Assembly: GCA_036337435.1 (NCBI GenBank)
Contig: JAYZEG010000016.1
Coordinates: 1-27,383, forward strand
Origin: Myxococcota bacterium
GTDB lineage: Bacteria > Myxococcota_A > Bradymonadia > UBA7976 > UBA1532
Direction: 5' to 3'
Length of the DNA stretch: 27,383 nucleotides
Shown here: piece after piece, positions 8,936 through 17,610 of the stretch
How the letters are laid out: each line of letters opens with the position of its first letter
How positions within the stretch are numbered: position 1 is the first letter of the stretch
Translations under genes and position numbers: made by a program
The notes under the pieces: generated by a model
The model's input: only the letters and a program-made list of their open reading frames with translations
What the model was told of the DNA's origin: nothing
Databases searched by the model: none

Positions 8936-11344
8936 ATGGAGAGTATCGTGCCATCGGTAATTTTAACGATTCAAGGCCAAGCCCCAAATCGACTCACGGT
9001 GACCTATCGAGATCAAGACGGGGCTGATGTCATCCGCGGTGCCGCCGAGCCCAAAACAGTGGAGCGCGCGCATGCATTGTGTGAGGCCCTCGACAGCGGA
9101 GCCCTTCTTTCCAACGTCTTGAGGGAACTCAGTCAATGCCTTGGTGATATTTTGTTCTCCGGTGAGCCTGGCAACAAATTGCGAAAAGCCCTGCGTCAGG
9201 CTGAACTCGGCTCAATTTTCCTTGATGTCGGCAGCGACTTTCATGATTGGCCATGGGAGCTTGCCCACGATCAAGAAACCGATACTCACCTAGCCCTGGC
9301 TGGTGGCGTGGCTCGTCTACTTGGTGAAGTCGCACAAGACCGAACCTTTCAAGGAGGGCGTCACGGAACCATCGTAGTCCCACGGAATCATGGCCTAGCA
9401 AAACTCAAAGCGATTCAATCAGCCATAAGTTCGCTCACGCGCCGCCATTCATTAGATGTATTTCCAGCCGACCCGACCACCGGCCCTGGCCTTCGGCGAC
9501 GATTAGAAAACGGAGCCACTCTAGTCCACCTCGAGGGCGTCACGACCGATTGTGTCACCTTAGATGATGGAGCTGTCCCGTTGGATCGTCTTGGATTTAA
9601 TGAACAAGTCTGGTTCGTGTTTTGCTCTGGGTTGGACGGTTCCGCACTTGCGGCCCAACAACTGCGTCGACTCGGGGTCCACATGACTATGGGCTCTCAA
9701 TTTGCCATAAAACCGCACTTCACATCTGCAATTTACAGAGCTGTATACAAAGCCTTGAGCGAGGGAGAGAGCGTCATCAACGCGCTTGGGGCCGCCCGCT
9801 CGGCATTACGAAAGCTGGGAGCCGATAATGACTTCGCGTGGGCAGCCCCCGTCCTCTACACAACGCCTGTTCAAAGTCTTGCTGAGCATGCCGCTTTAGA
9901 GGCCTTCCCACCTTCTGGCCCTTCGCCGGTTGCTACGGAGCCCAGCATGCAGGCCATGCTCAGCGGGCGCGGCAAGCCCCATGAAACCGTCTTGGATCGG
10001 CTGCCTGCACCAATGTCAGCCGCCGTCTTCATCTCGGACACCCTTCGTTCGCTCTCTTTGGGTCTGGGCTCACCAGAAGAACGAGTGTTAAGAGCAGACG
10101 CATTACGCAAACTTGGCGGCAGCCCTGCGCAAGCACCAACCATCGAAGGACACTTGAGCCCTCATGATCGCATTCGTCTTCTGAGTGATACCTTGATCAA
10201 CAGCCTTGCTTCTGATGACGACGGACTTGCGAGGCCAGTAGATTTTGACTCGACCTTGTCCTCAATTGCTGAAGAACATGCTTATTCTGAGGACAGCATT
10301 CGACAAGCAGGCGTTGCCATTAGAGCAAGTCGAATATCCTGCATTGTCAGCGAGGATATGCCGGGTGCAATCAGGCTGGCTACTGCACTTTCGACTCAGC
10401 TGTACGGCTACCATGCCAGAGTCACATCCATCGATCAAAATCATAGACTACTTCAACCGCCCACTGTCGAAAACGACGGAATCAATACCAATCCGGGCGG
10501 CCATCTCTATCGAACGGTTGCCAGCAACTGGCTACGAGATGAACTCGATATATTTCAGCCCGAGCAGCCAGCACCGCAGTCTCGGATGCCGCTCATGGCA
10601 CGCTACCCGGACGGTTGGCGATGCTTTCAGGGCGGTTGGCTCCTGGTCCCATATGCTGGGCGAATAGACGAATCGATTCTCCTGGCCATGCAGCAGGCTC
10701 TTGGGCAGGGCGTCTTGGAGAACTGCACGGAGGATGGGCGTATCAGCAGACTCGCTATCCCCCGCGATTTTCGCGTCATCTTACTCTCACAGTGGACGCC
10801 GAGTGGCATTGCGGCATCGACCCCGTTGGTTCATCTTGAGCACCACACTGCGCCTGACGACGCTCTCGGTCGCTGGCTCGCGGTGGCTGAAGAGCGTGTG
10901 GGGCCAGCGCCCGACGATGCTGCTGCTGGTGGGCGTCGTCAAGCGGCGAAGTCCCTCTACTCGTTGGCCTACTGGCTCCGTCTGGCCTTTCCATGCGATC
11001 ATGCTTTTGTTGAAACAGCTCTCTGCACAGCGATTATTCAGGGCGGTGACCCGGACCAATCGACTCGCCGCGCGGTCATGGGTTTAATTGAGCCCAGACT
11101 TGATTCATACCCCCCAACCGCGCGCAGTTTTTTACACCGATTTGTCTTCGACGAAGATCCGATTCATAAACGTGCCGCTTTGTTGGCCCTTGTCCGTGAT
11201 GGTGGGCTCCTCGACAAAGCTCGCTACTTAAAAATATTCGGACATCATGGTGCCGCCTTTGATGATGACGACAACCGCCGCGGAGATGTCGTGAGCCAAG
11301 CGCCAGTGGAACTGTTCAGCACCTCCGGAACTCATATCACTTGA
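8936..11344 (+). CDS. Degenerate CHAT (caspase-HetF) domain fused to degenerate McrB-like AAA+ domain
   Basis: N-terminal CHAT hallmarks LGDILF, DWPWEL, VHLEG, YKALSEGESVINALGAAR and WAAPVLY. C-terminal half has AAA_5/McrB-like spacing: AIRASRISCIV...RLATAL, GGWLLV...GRID, LAIPRDFRVI. ATG 8936 chosen because its context GGACTGACATGG is identical to the polA start. Confidence 0.7.
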   Translation: MESIVPSVILTIQGQAPNRLTVTYRDQDGADVIRGAAEPKTVERAHALCEALDSGALLSNVLRELSQCLGDILFSGEPGNKLRKALRQAELGSIFLDVGSDFHDWPWELAHDQETDTHLALAGGVARLLGEVAQDRTFQGGRHGTIVVPRNHGLAKLKAIQSAISSLTRRHSLDVFPADPTTGPGLRRRLENGATLVHLEGVTTDCVTLDDGAVPLDRLGFNEQVWFVFCSGLDGSALAAQQLRRLGVHMTMGSQFAIKPHFTSAIYRAVYKALSEGESVINALGAARSALRKLGADNDFAWAAPVLYTTPVQSLAEHAALEAFPPSGPSPVATEPSMQAMLSGRGKPHETVLDRLPAPMSAAVFISDTLRSLSLGLGSPEERVLRADALRKLGGSPAQAPTIEGHLSPHDRIRLLSDTLINSLASDDDGLARPVDFDSTLSSIAEEHAYSEDSIRQAGVAIRASRISCIVSEDMPGAIRLATALSTQLYGYHARVTSIDQNHRLLQPPTVENDGINTNPGGHLYRTVASNWLRDELDIFQPEQPAPQSRMPLMARYPDGWRCFQGGWLLVPYAGRIDESILLAMQQALGQGVLENCTEDGRISRLAIPRDFRVILLSQWTPSGIAASTPLVHLEHHTAPDDALGRWLAVAEERVGPAPDDAAAGGRRQAAKSLYSLAYWLRLAFPCDHAFVETALCTAIIQGGDPDQSTRRAVMGLIEPRLDSYPPTARSFLHRFVFDEDPIHKRAALLALVRDGGLLDKARYLKIFGHHGAAFDDDDNRRGDVVSQAPVELFSTSGTHIT

Positions 11345-11368
11345 CATTTTGTGGCAGGCGTCTAGTTT
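11341..11368 (+). promoter_or_regulatory. Putative sigma70 promoter for dnaJ
   Basis: Perfect TTGACA (11341-11346), 16-bp spacer, TAGTTT (11363-11368), 26 bp before the dnaJ ATG. Overlaps the upstream TGA stop. Confidence 0.55.
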
Positions 11369-11394
11369 GCATCCTCCAAACTAGGCGGTAGACA

Positions 11395-12432
11395 ATGCGC
11401 GAAGACCTCTACGAACTACTTGACGTTGACCGCAATGCAGATGCGGCGACCTTAAAAAAAGCCTATCGCAAGAAAGCGATGATGTACCACCCTGACCGAA
11501 ACCCGGACGACGCAGAGGCTGAGGCGAAGTTCAAGGACGTCAGTTACGCATATGATGTGCTATCCGATGACGAGAAAAGGTCTATTTACGACCGATATGG
11601 TCACGAGGGCCTAGAACAGTCCGGAGGCGGTGGCGGCTTTCAGGATGTCGGCGATATTTTTAGTAATTTTGGAGATCTATTTGGGGACCTCTTTGGTTTC
11701 GGGGGGGCTAGAGTCTCCAGGCGCGGTGCTGATTTAAGACTGTCTCTACAGCTTTCACTAGAAGAGTGCTGGTCAGGCTTTGAGAGAGAAATAGAAATCC
11801 CCAGAACGGTGTCTTGCACTCTTTGTGGTGGCAGTGGTGCCAAGCCTGGCACGTCGCCGAAAACGTGCGGCACATGCGGTGGTCGTGGCCAAGTTGCAGT
11901 CAATCGTGGCTTCATCGCCATGACAACAACGTGCCCAACCTGCCAAGGAGCTGGACAAGTCATCGAAACACCATGTCCCCGTTGCCATGGGCAGGGCCGT
12001 GAGCGAATCGAGGAAACCGTTTTGTTGAAGGTTCCCGCCGGCATCGATGACGGGATGAAACTGCGGGTGAGTGGAAAAGGCGAGGACGGTCCACCCGGGG
12101 GGGAGCCAGGCGATCTCTACGTGGTCATTCGGGTTCTTCAGCACGATCGCCTTGAGAGAAACGGGGACGACCTGCAGGGTCTCCTCGAAATCACTATGAC
12201 TGAAGCGGCTCTCGGCACCAAAGCAACGTTCGAAGGCATCGATGGGCCCGTGGACGTCACCGTAAAGCCCGGCACTCAACCCAACGCGGTCATCCGTGTG
12301 CCCGAAAAGGGCATGCCCAACCTGAGGCGAAAAGGCCGCCGCGGCTCTCTTCAGCTTCTTGTCCGCGTGGCCATCCCAACAAGGCTAACCATGACCCAAA
12401 AGAAGCTTCTTGAGTCCTTCGACGAGAGCTAG
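11395..12432 (+). CDS. dnaJ: Chaperone DnaJ (class A, zinc finger)
   Basis: J-domain with HPD (YHPDRN), G/F region, four CxxCxGxG repeats ([32 protein letters not shown]) and C-terminal PAGIDDG...GDLYV. Confidence 0.97.
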   Translation: MREDLYELLDVDRNADAATLKKAYRKKAMMYHPDRNPDDAEAEAKFKDVSYAYDVLSDDEKRSIYDRYGHEGLEQSGGGGGFQDVGDIFSNFGDLFGDLFGFGGARVSRRGADLRLSLQLSLEECWSGFEREIEIPRTVSCTLCGGSGAKPGTSPKTCGTCGGRGQVAVNRGFIAMTTTCPTCQGAGQVIETPCPRCHGQGRERIEETVLLKVPAGIDDGMKLRVSGKGEDGPPGGEPGDLYVVIRVLQHDRLERNGDDLQGLLEITMTEAALGTKATFEGIDGPVDVTVKPGTQPNAVIRVPEKGMPNLRRKGRRGSLQLLVRVAIPTRLTMTQKKLLESFDES

Positions 12433-13034
12433 GAATCATTTGCCTTCGACCGCGCGAGGATGATGTCGCACAGCGAATGAGCGATCTCATCGAGCTCCAT
12501 GCTGCTTGTATCGTAGACTAAATCAGGATTCTCAGGCACTTCGTACGGAGCCTGTACGCCAGTAAAGTTATCGATCAATCCCGTGCGAGCTTTTCGATAC
12601 AAGCCCTTCGGATCTCTTGCTTCGCAAACATCGATTGGTGTTGCTAGATAAACAGTCAACAGCCGGTCATCGGGAAATCTTTTTTTGATAGCTTGCCTAT
12701 CTTGCGCTACGGGCGACACGAACGCACAGAGCGTGACGACGCCGGAACGATATAAGAGCGACGCGACCTCGCCAACACGGCGCAAGTTCTCGCCCCGGTC
12801 TGCATCGGAGAACCCAAGGTCACCACAAAGCCCGTGGCGAATATTATCGCCATCGAGAACGATGGTAAAAACACCCTGTTCGACAAGGCGTCTTTCGACG
12901 GCCATGGCCACTGTGCTCTTCCCTGAACCAGAAAGTCCCGTAAGCCAAACAACAAGACCCGACTGTTCTAGCATCTGATGCCGCTCCTCGGCCGTCAGCA
13001 AAGGTGAGTGCTTGCGCGTATTACTCGATTTCAT
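12429..13034 (-). CDS. cysC: Adenylyl-sulfate (APS) kinase
   Basis: [14 protein letters not shown]-loop, [28 protein letters not shown] and [11 protein letters not shown]. Stop overlaps the dnaJ stop by 4 bp (CTAG). Confidence 0.97.
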   Translation of the reverse strand: MKSSNTRKHSPLLTAEERHQMLEQSGLVVWLTGLSGSGKSTVAMAVERRLVEQGVFTIVLDGDNIRHGLCGDLGFSDADRGENLRRVGEVASLLYRSGVVTLCAFVSPVAQDRQAIKKRFPDDRLLTVYLATPIDVCEARDPKGLYRKARTGLIDNFTGVQAPYEVPENPDLVYDTSSMELDEIAHSLCDIILARSKANDS

Positions 13035-13154
13035 GGCAACGACTCCCTAGACGCTTTACATATTCAGCCTATTGAAAGCAGCTCTACTTAAGCAGGCATC
13101 GAGGCCAACGTCTAGACAGTAGATCGTCCTGTTGTACAAACTGAACCGCGGCCA

Positions 13155-13163
13155 TGTTATCAT
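13155..13163 (+). promoter_or_regulatory. Possible extended -10 element (TGnTATCAT)
   Basis: TGTTATCAT about 25 bp upstream of the TTG at 13189; no convincing -35. Confidence 0.3.
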
Positions 13164-13188
13164 CGGCCAGTTGCGAGAGGAGCCAGAT

Positions 13189-14220
13189 TTGAGTACGACT
13201 GCTAACCTTGACCGATTGAAGGATGTTTGCGCCATCGGTGCATCCAATGAACTCAAGGCTGATGCCCTATATTCCGAATTGGACTTATTGCTGAAGCAAC
13301 CAAACCGGGCCCAAGTTGCGGAGCGTGTTGAATCTGAGCTACGACGATTTCTTGAATCCGAGTTGTCTCTTCAGAAGACCCGTGCTGCAATTTTAGACTC
13401 TTTAGCAACCCTTTTGGCCGACACTCGGCTCACTCATAGCCACGAGACTCCGGCGACGAATCCTTCGGATGCTCCGCCTCCGCTTGAAAAAGCAAGCACA
13501 CCTCTCCCGGACGTTGACCTAGATGACTTACGAGACGCGTTAAATACAGATGACCCTGCCCCGGCATGGCTTTCACAAGTCGTCTCCTTGTCCAGCCAAT
13601 CGCTTGACGGCACGGCGGCGGACCCTCCGGCGCAGACGATCGAGCCCGTCCCGTCGAAACTGCGAAACGAAGACGACCCTTGGAGCCAGCTCCAAATTCC
13701 AACTCTTCAAGGCAACGACGCTTTGCCACCCATCCCGTCACTCAAGAGCAGCGACAAGGTTCAGAGTAGCCCCGACGTCGCCACCTACAGACGGGAGACA
13801 GTGCACAGCGTTGCCCCGGTCGTCGAGCCCGCTGTATCCGGAGAGCTTGAAAGAGCTCTGGACCGCCTTCTGTCTGCACCTCCACGCGCTGTCTCCCCGC
13901 CAGCCATCGCCGACCCATTCGCGCCACTTCGCGTGGACTACGCGACATCGGGGGTGCTGCGCTGTGGCCAGCGTCTTTTTCCGATCAGGACCGTTGAGCT
14001 CGGCGTCTTGTCCTGTACCGTCGAAGTCAGTGAATCCTTCGAAACAGGCACCCTTCTCCATTTATTTTTCGAACTCGGAGACGGCGGCCAGGTGGGTGTG
14101 AACTGTCAGCTACTCAGCGCGGTGGAAAAGAATAATCTGCAGTACATTCAGCTCAAATATCTAGACCTCAACGACGTTGACAGGCAGCGGATTCAAGTCA
14201 TCATCGAAGGCCGACGCTGA
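13189..14220 (+). CDS. Protein with Pro/acidic linker and C-terminal degenerate PilZ-like domain
   Basis: Last ~100 aa follow the PilZ beta-barrel pattern (LRVDY...IRTVELG...TLLHLFFEL...QLKYLDLNDVDRQRI). In-frame TTG at 13189 has GAGGAG just upstream and is preferred over 13132. Confidence 0.65.
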   Translation: MSTTANLDRLKDVCAIGASNELKADALYSELDLLLKQPNRAQVAERVESELRRFLESELSLQKTRAAILDSLATLLADTRLTHSHETPATNPSDAPPPLEKASTPLPDVDLDDLRDALNTDDPAPAWLSQVVSLSSQSLDGTAADPPAQTIEPVPSKLRNEDDPWSQLQIPTLQGNDALPPIPSLKSSDKVQSSPDVATYRRETVHSVAPVVEPAVSGELERALDRLLSAPPRAVSPPAIADPFAPLRVDYATSGVLRCGQRLFPIRTVELGVLSCTVEVSESFETGTLLHLFFELGDGGQVGVNCQLLSAVEKNNLQYIQLKYLDLNDVDRQRIQVIIEGRR

Positions 14221-14259
14221 TATGCTTGACCCCATACCCCTCGTTCAAGGTGCCCCGAC

Positions 14260-15225
14260 ATGACCTCCTTCCTCGTCACCGTAATTGTTGGTCAGGACCG
14301 TCCAGCCGGGGAAATTCAGGCACGGCACTCGATCCGCAATTTAGATGCGTTGCCGAAGTTCCAACTCTTGTGTGATCGATATGCCATTCGCCCGTGTTAT
14401 CTGCTGACCTACCCTGTTATGCGCTCCGACCGACATGATTGGTTCATGCGACAGGCTAAGCACGGCAAAGCAGACCTGGGGATCTGTTTTCAGAGCTGGA
14501 CGACGCCGCCCTTCGAAGCCAGTGAAAACAGGCTGACCCGGACCCCAATCACCGCCTTGGCGGTCAATCGAGTCTTTGGCAAATGGACCTCGTTGAAAAC
14601 CCTTTTTGAGGAGCGTTTTCGGATTGAACCACGCTTGAGTTGCGTAGACGGAGGTGCCGTTTCAGGCGCAAGCCTCCAGGCCCTCGAAGCACTGGGAATT
14701 CACGTAGACACTTCAGCACTGCCGAGGCTGGATTTCAGCTCCGCAGGGGGCAGCGACTGGACCAAGACCACCCGAGCACCCTATCACCCAAGTCGGCAGT
14801 GCCCTGAAAGAACGGGTTATTCGCCAGTCCTTGAAATCCCTGTCACCACCGGAGCCACTTGGCCAGAATCACTCGGCAGCCTCAGCCGGCTTCGAAGAAT
14901 TGCCCAGGGCGGCCTTACCTTACGACTGCTCGACTCGACACTCTTCTCCCTCGGGCCTGTACACGCGTTGTCACCAGCCCATTTAACACTGTCGGCAATG
15001 ACGTCCATCGCCGACAGTATACATCGGCAGGCCTTACCCCAGCTTCATATGCGAATACTTTCTGAGACTTTGAGTGCTGGTGACTCTGCTTTGAGTGCGA
15101 CGGCCAAACAAACGGCGTCCACGTTTAGTCGTATCGATGGGTTTTACCGTTACGTTATCGACACGCTCCAGTTAACGCCCGAATCAGTATCCGACTTTGC
15201 CGAGCATAGACTGCGACCCGGCTAA
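14260..15225 (+). CDS. WalW-like polysaccharide deacetylase (CE4/NodB-fold) homologue, catalytic motifs degenerate
   Basis: FQLLCDRYAIRPCYLLTYPV, ADLG..SWTTPPF, LEALGIHVDTS.LP..DFS..GG.DW, APY and VLEIPVT resemble the WalW-type family scaffold. Confidence 0.72.
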   Translation: MTSFLVTVIVGQDRPAGEIQARHSIRNLDALPKFQLLCDRYAIRPCYLLTYPVMRSDRHDWFMRQAKHGKADLGICFQSWTTPPFEASENRLTRTPITALAVNRVFGKWTSLKTLFEERFRIEPRLSCVDGGAVSGASLQALEALGIHVDTSALPRLDFSSAGGSDWTKTTRAPYHPSRQCPERTGYSPVLEIPVTTGATWPESLGSLSRLRRIAQGGLTLRLLDSTLFSLGPVHALSPAHLTLSAMTSIADSIHRQALPQLHMRILSETLSAGDSALSATAKQTASTFSRIDGFYRYVIDTLQLTPESVSDFAEHRLRPG

Positions 15226-15229
15226 ACGA

Positions 15230-16186
15230 TCACGAGAAAAAACCTTTGATTTGTGCACTCAGGCGTTCCGACACGTCGTCGAGCCCGCCGGTAAGCATCA
15301 CACCGGCAGCACGCGGGTGACCGCCACCTGTGCTCGAGCACTTCTGAGCAACATCAGCGACATCGACAGCCCCTCGACTCCTGAGGCTTACTTTGACTCG
15401 GCCGTCATTTTTTTCAACAAGCAGCGCGCCTACTTCGACGCCAGTGACGAAGACAAGGTCATCCACCAACCCACCTGTCTCGGCATTACTCACTTCTGCA
15501 GCGGTCAAAGCAGCCCATGCATACTGTCCGCCGAAGCGAAGCTTCATGCGATCGATCATTCTGCCTTTTAGCCGAACCTTCTCTGCATCTTGTTCCAAAA
15601 GCACTTTTTCAACAACGCGACGATGGTCAAACCCCGTTTCAATGAGTCGTGCAGCCATCCGTAAGGTACCTGGTGCCGTATGTCCGTAACGGAAGATAGA
15701 GGTATCAAACACCAACCCCGCATAGATCGCCTGGGCAATCTCGGGAGCAACATGAGCATTCCAGTGATCACACAATCGTAGAATCAACTCCGTCGTACTC
15801 GCAGCACCTGCATCATGGAGCGTCACATCACACTCAACTGCCACACTGCTCTTGTGATGGTCGATCATACCCCGGAGACGAGCAGCCTGATAATGCGGAG
15901 TGGCCGTTCTGAGCCGTTCTGGGTCTCCATCCAGAACGATGGCCAAGTCGACTGACCGTGGCTCTGTATGAACGGCTACAGAGAACAGAGACGCATCCGG
16001 TACAATGCAGCCATATCGTTCAGGCAGAGCCTCGTGGGTCACACAGACCACCGACTTCGAGGGCCAGAGCTGCTCAATGGTCAGCGCCAGTGCCACGATG
16101 GCACCGACAGCATCTCCATCAAGCTCCGTGGTCGTCAAAAGAATTGAATCCGCTTGCTCAATCGCATTCGCGATGGGTTTAGGCAT
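15230..16186 (-). CDS. nrnA: DHH/DHHA1 phosphoesterase, NrnA-type oligoribonuclease/pAp phosphatase
   Basis: 318 aa with DGDAVG, IVLD, IDHH, ASTTELI, YAGLVFDTSIFRY, KVSLRS and GGGHPRAAG. Confidence 0.88.
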   Translation of the reverse strand: MPKPIANAIEQADSILLTTTELDGDAVGAIVALALTIEQLWPSKSVVCVTHEALPERYGCIVPDASLFSVAVHTEPRSVDLAIVLDGDPERLRTATPHYQAARLRGMIDHHKSSVAVECDVTLHDAGAASTTELILRLCDHWNAHVAPEIAQAIYAGLVFDTSIFRYGHTAPGTLRMAARLIETGFDHRRVVEKVLLEQDAEKVRLKGRMIDRMKLRFGGQYAWAALTAAEVSNAETGGLVDDLVFVTGVEVGALLVEKNDGRVKVSLRSRGAVDVADVAQKCSSTGGGHPRAAGVMLTGGLDDVSERLSAQIKGFFS

Positions 16187-16262
16187 GTAACTTCCCTAAA
16201 TCAACACACCTATACATACACCAGCCTACAATCTGGATCAATGCCCCCCTCCTCTGGTGATC

Positions 16263-17546
16263 TCACATCTCAAAACCATCGTCCTCATCCAGTAATCTTG
16301 AGGTGTCTACACTGAGTATATTCGTCAATTGAATAAGGCGAGCAGCATCCAGACTAAAACGTGGAGCGTTATCGGCCTCAGTACTGCCCCAGCGGATATC
16401 ATCGTTATCTTGACCATGGGACCGGCGCCGTGTGGCACCACAGCCAGCAGGGACTGACATAATATTCCATTCATTCACGCCACCATTCAGCTCGGTGTCA
16501 TGTCCCAGCTGAAGGCTATGTCCCAATTCATGGCTTATGGTCGCTGCGAAAGCTTCATCAATGGTCACGTAAGGGATCGGCGGAGGGTCGTCCAGGCCGC
16601 AGCGTGGAAACAGGTCTTCAATCGTGTCAGAGTAAATCAATACCCCCGTCCTCTCGATATCACGCTGGTGTGTGACAACCTCCCCCGCCCGGGTATCCAA
16701 GTCCGTTCGACCTGACGCAAAGACGAGATGAACCATCCGACTCACAGGAAACGATTGCCCAGTCCCATCAAAACGAGGGCCCGCCGTCCTGAGTAAATTC
16801 TGCCTGGGCCCGAAATTGGCGTCGAATAGCGAGGGTTCCAAATCAAGCTGGTCGGCATAAAAATGCACATAAATCGCCTCGAGATCAGACTCTTCGAAGC
16901 GACCTATCGCCTCGTAGACATCCCTCACTTGTTCAAAGACCACTGGACCGGGTAGACGGTCTTCCATCGCGTCGACTTCAACCAGAAGGTCCTTGAGGAA
17001 AGGATGAGGTCTGTTGGATGCGGTCATTGAACTTACCCGGCCTGCAGCCTGTTCCTGCAAGCAGCTCAACCCATCCGAATCAAAGTCTTCCAGACCATCA
17101 GGAGTTCCATCGCCATCCGTATCGGCCACCTGCCAATCTAAACGACCCGGGTCGCCTGCCCCCTGCTCCCAAGCATCATCTAAGCCATCGCCGTCCGTAT
17201 CTTCTCCAACTTCGGACAAGGGGTCGTCTAAATCGGCACCCAAGTCGGGCATCATCTCAGCAGCGTCTGGGTTAAGCCCAAGATCAACAAGCGGGGACAG
17301 CTCCGCATCGGACGGGCCAGGGCTGGCGTCCCGGGAAATCTCAGCATCAATAGGCATGCCTGCATCTACAACCGGTACATCGGTCCGCCCATCTGGCCTC
17401 GCTTGGACACGCCCACCAGTATCTAACAAGTTGTAGACATAAGCATCGCGTGTCGACGAATCCGAGCCCCCGCTATCGCCGCATCCTGACACCAGTGCTG
17501 CCATCACAGCGGTACTCAAACATCGTCTTATCCACGGCCCAGCCAT
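16263..17546 (-). CDS. Lipoprotein zinc metalloprotease (metzincin-like) with DxDGDG calcium-binding repeats
   Basis: Lipobox LVSGC, acidic linker, DTDGDGLDDAWE/DTDGDGTPDG/DFDSDG repeats, HPFLKDLLVEVD, HELGHSLQLGH and NIMS Met-turn. Start is ATG 17546 or GTG 17552. Confidence 0.8.
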   Translation of the reverse strand: MAGPWIRRCLSTAVMAALVSGCGDSGGSDSSTRDAYVYNLLDTGGRVQARPDGRTDVPVVDAGMPIDAEISRDASPGPSDAELSPLVDLGLNPDAAEMMPDLGADLDDPLSEVGEDTDGDGLDDAWEQGAGDPGRLDWQVADTDGDGTPDGLEDFDSDGLSCLQEQAAGRVSSMTASNRPHPFLKDLLVEVDAMEDRLPGPVVFEQVRDVYEAIGRFEESDLEAIYVHFYADQLDLEPSLFDANFGPRQNLLRTAGPRFDGTGQSFPVSRMVHLVFASGRTDLDTRAGEVVTHQRDIERTGVLIYSDTIEDLFPRCGLDDPPPIPYVTIDEAFAATISHELGHSLQLGHDTELNGGVNEWNIMSVPAGCGATRRRSHGQDNDDIRWGSTEADNAPRFSLDAARLIQLTNILSVDTSRLLDEDDGFEM

Positions 17547-17572
17547 TGACACCTACCCTTTCATATGTCCCT

Positions 17573-17602
17573 ACCCTAACGCTTTCGTAAACAACCTGTC
17601 CA
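17573..17602 (-). promoter_or_regulatory. Putative sigma70 promoter for metalloprotease gene
   Basis: Minus strand TGGACA, 18-bp spacer, TAGGGT, followed by a purine-rich RBS. Confidence 0.35.
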
Positions 17603-17610
17603 GCAAGCCT

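Noticed and set aside
8936..11344. Active caspase-like or McrBC defence system
   Set aside because: Catalytic dyad and Walker motifs are absent; no mcrC, TPR or Cas genes adjacent.
14226..14255. TTGACC as a promoter -35
   Set aside because: No -10 element at 16-18 bp spacing.
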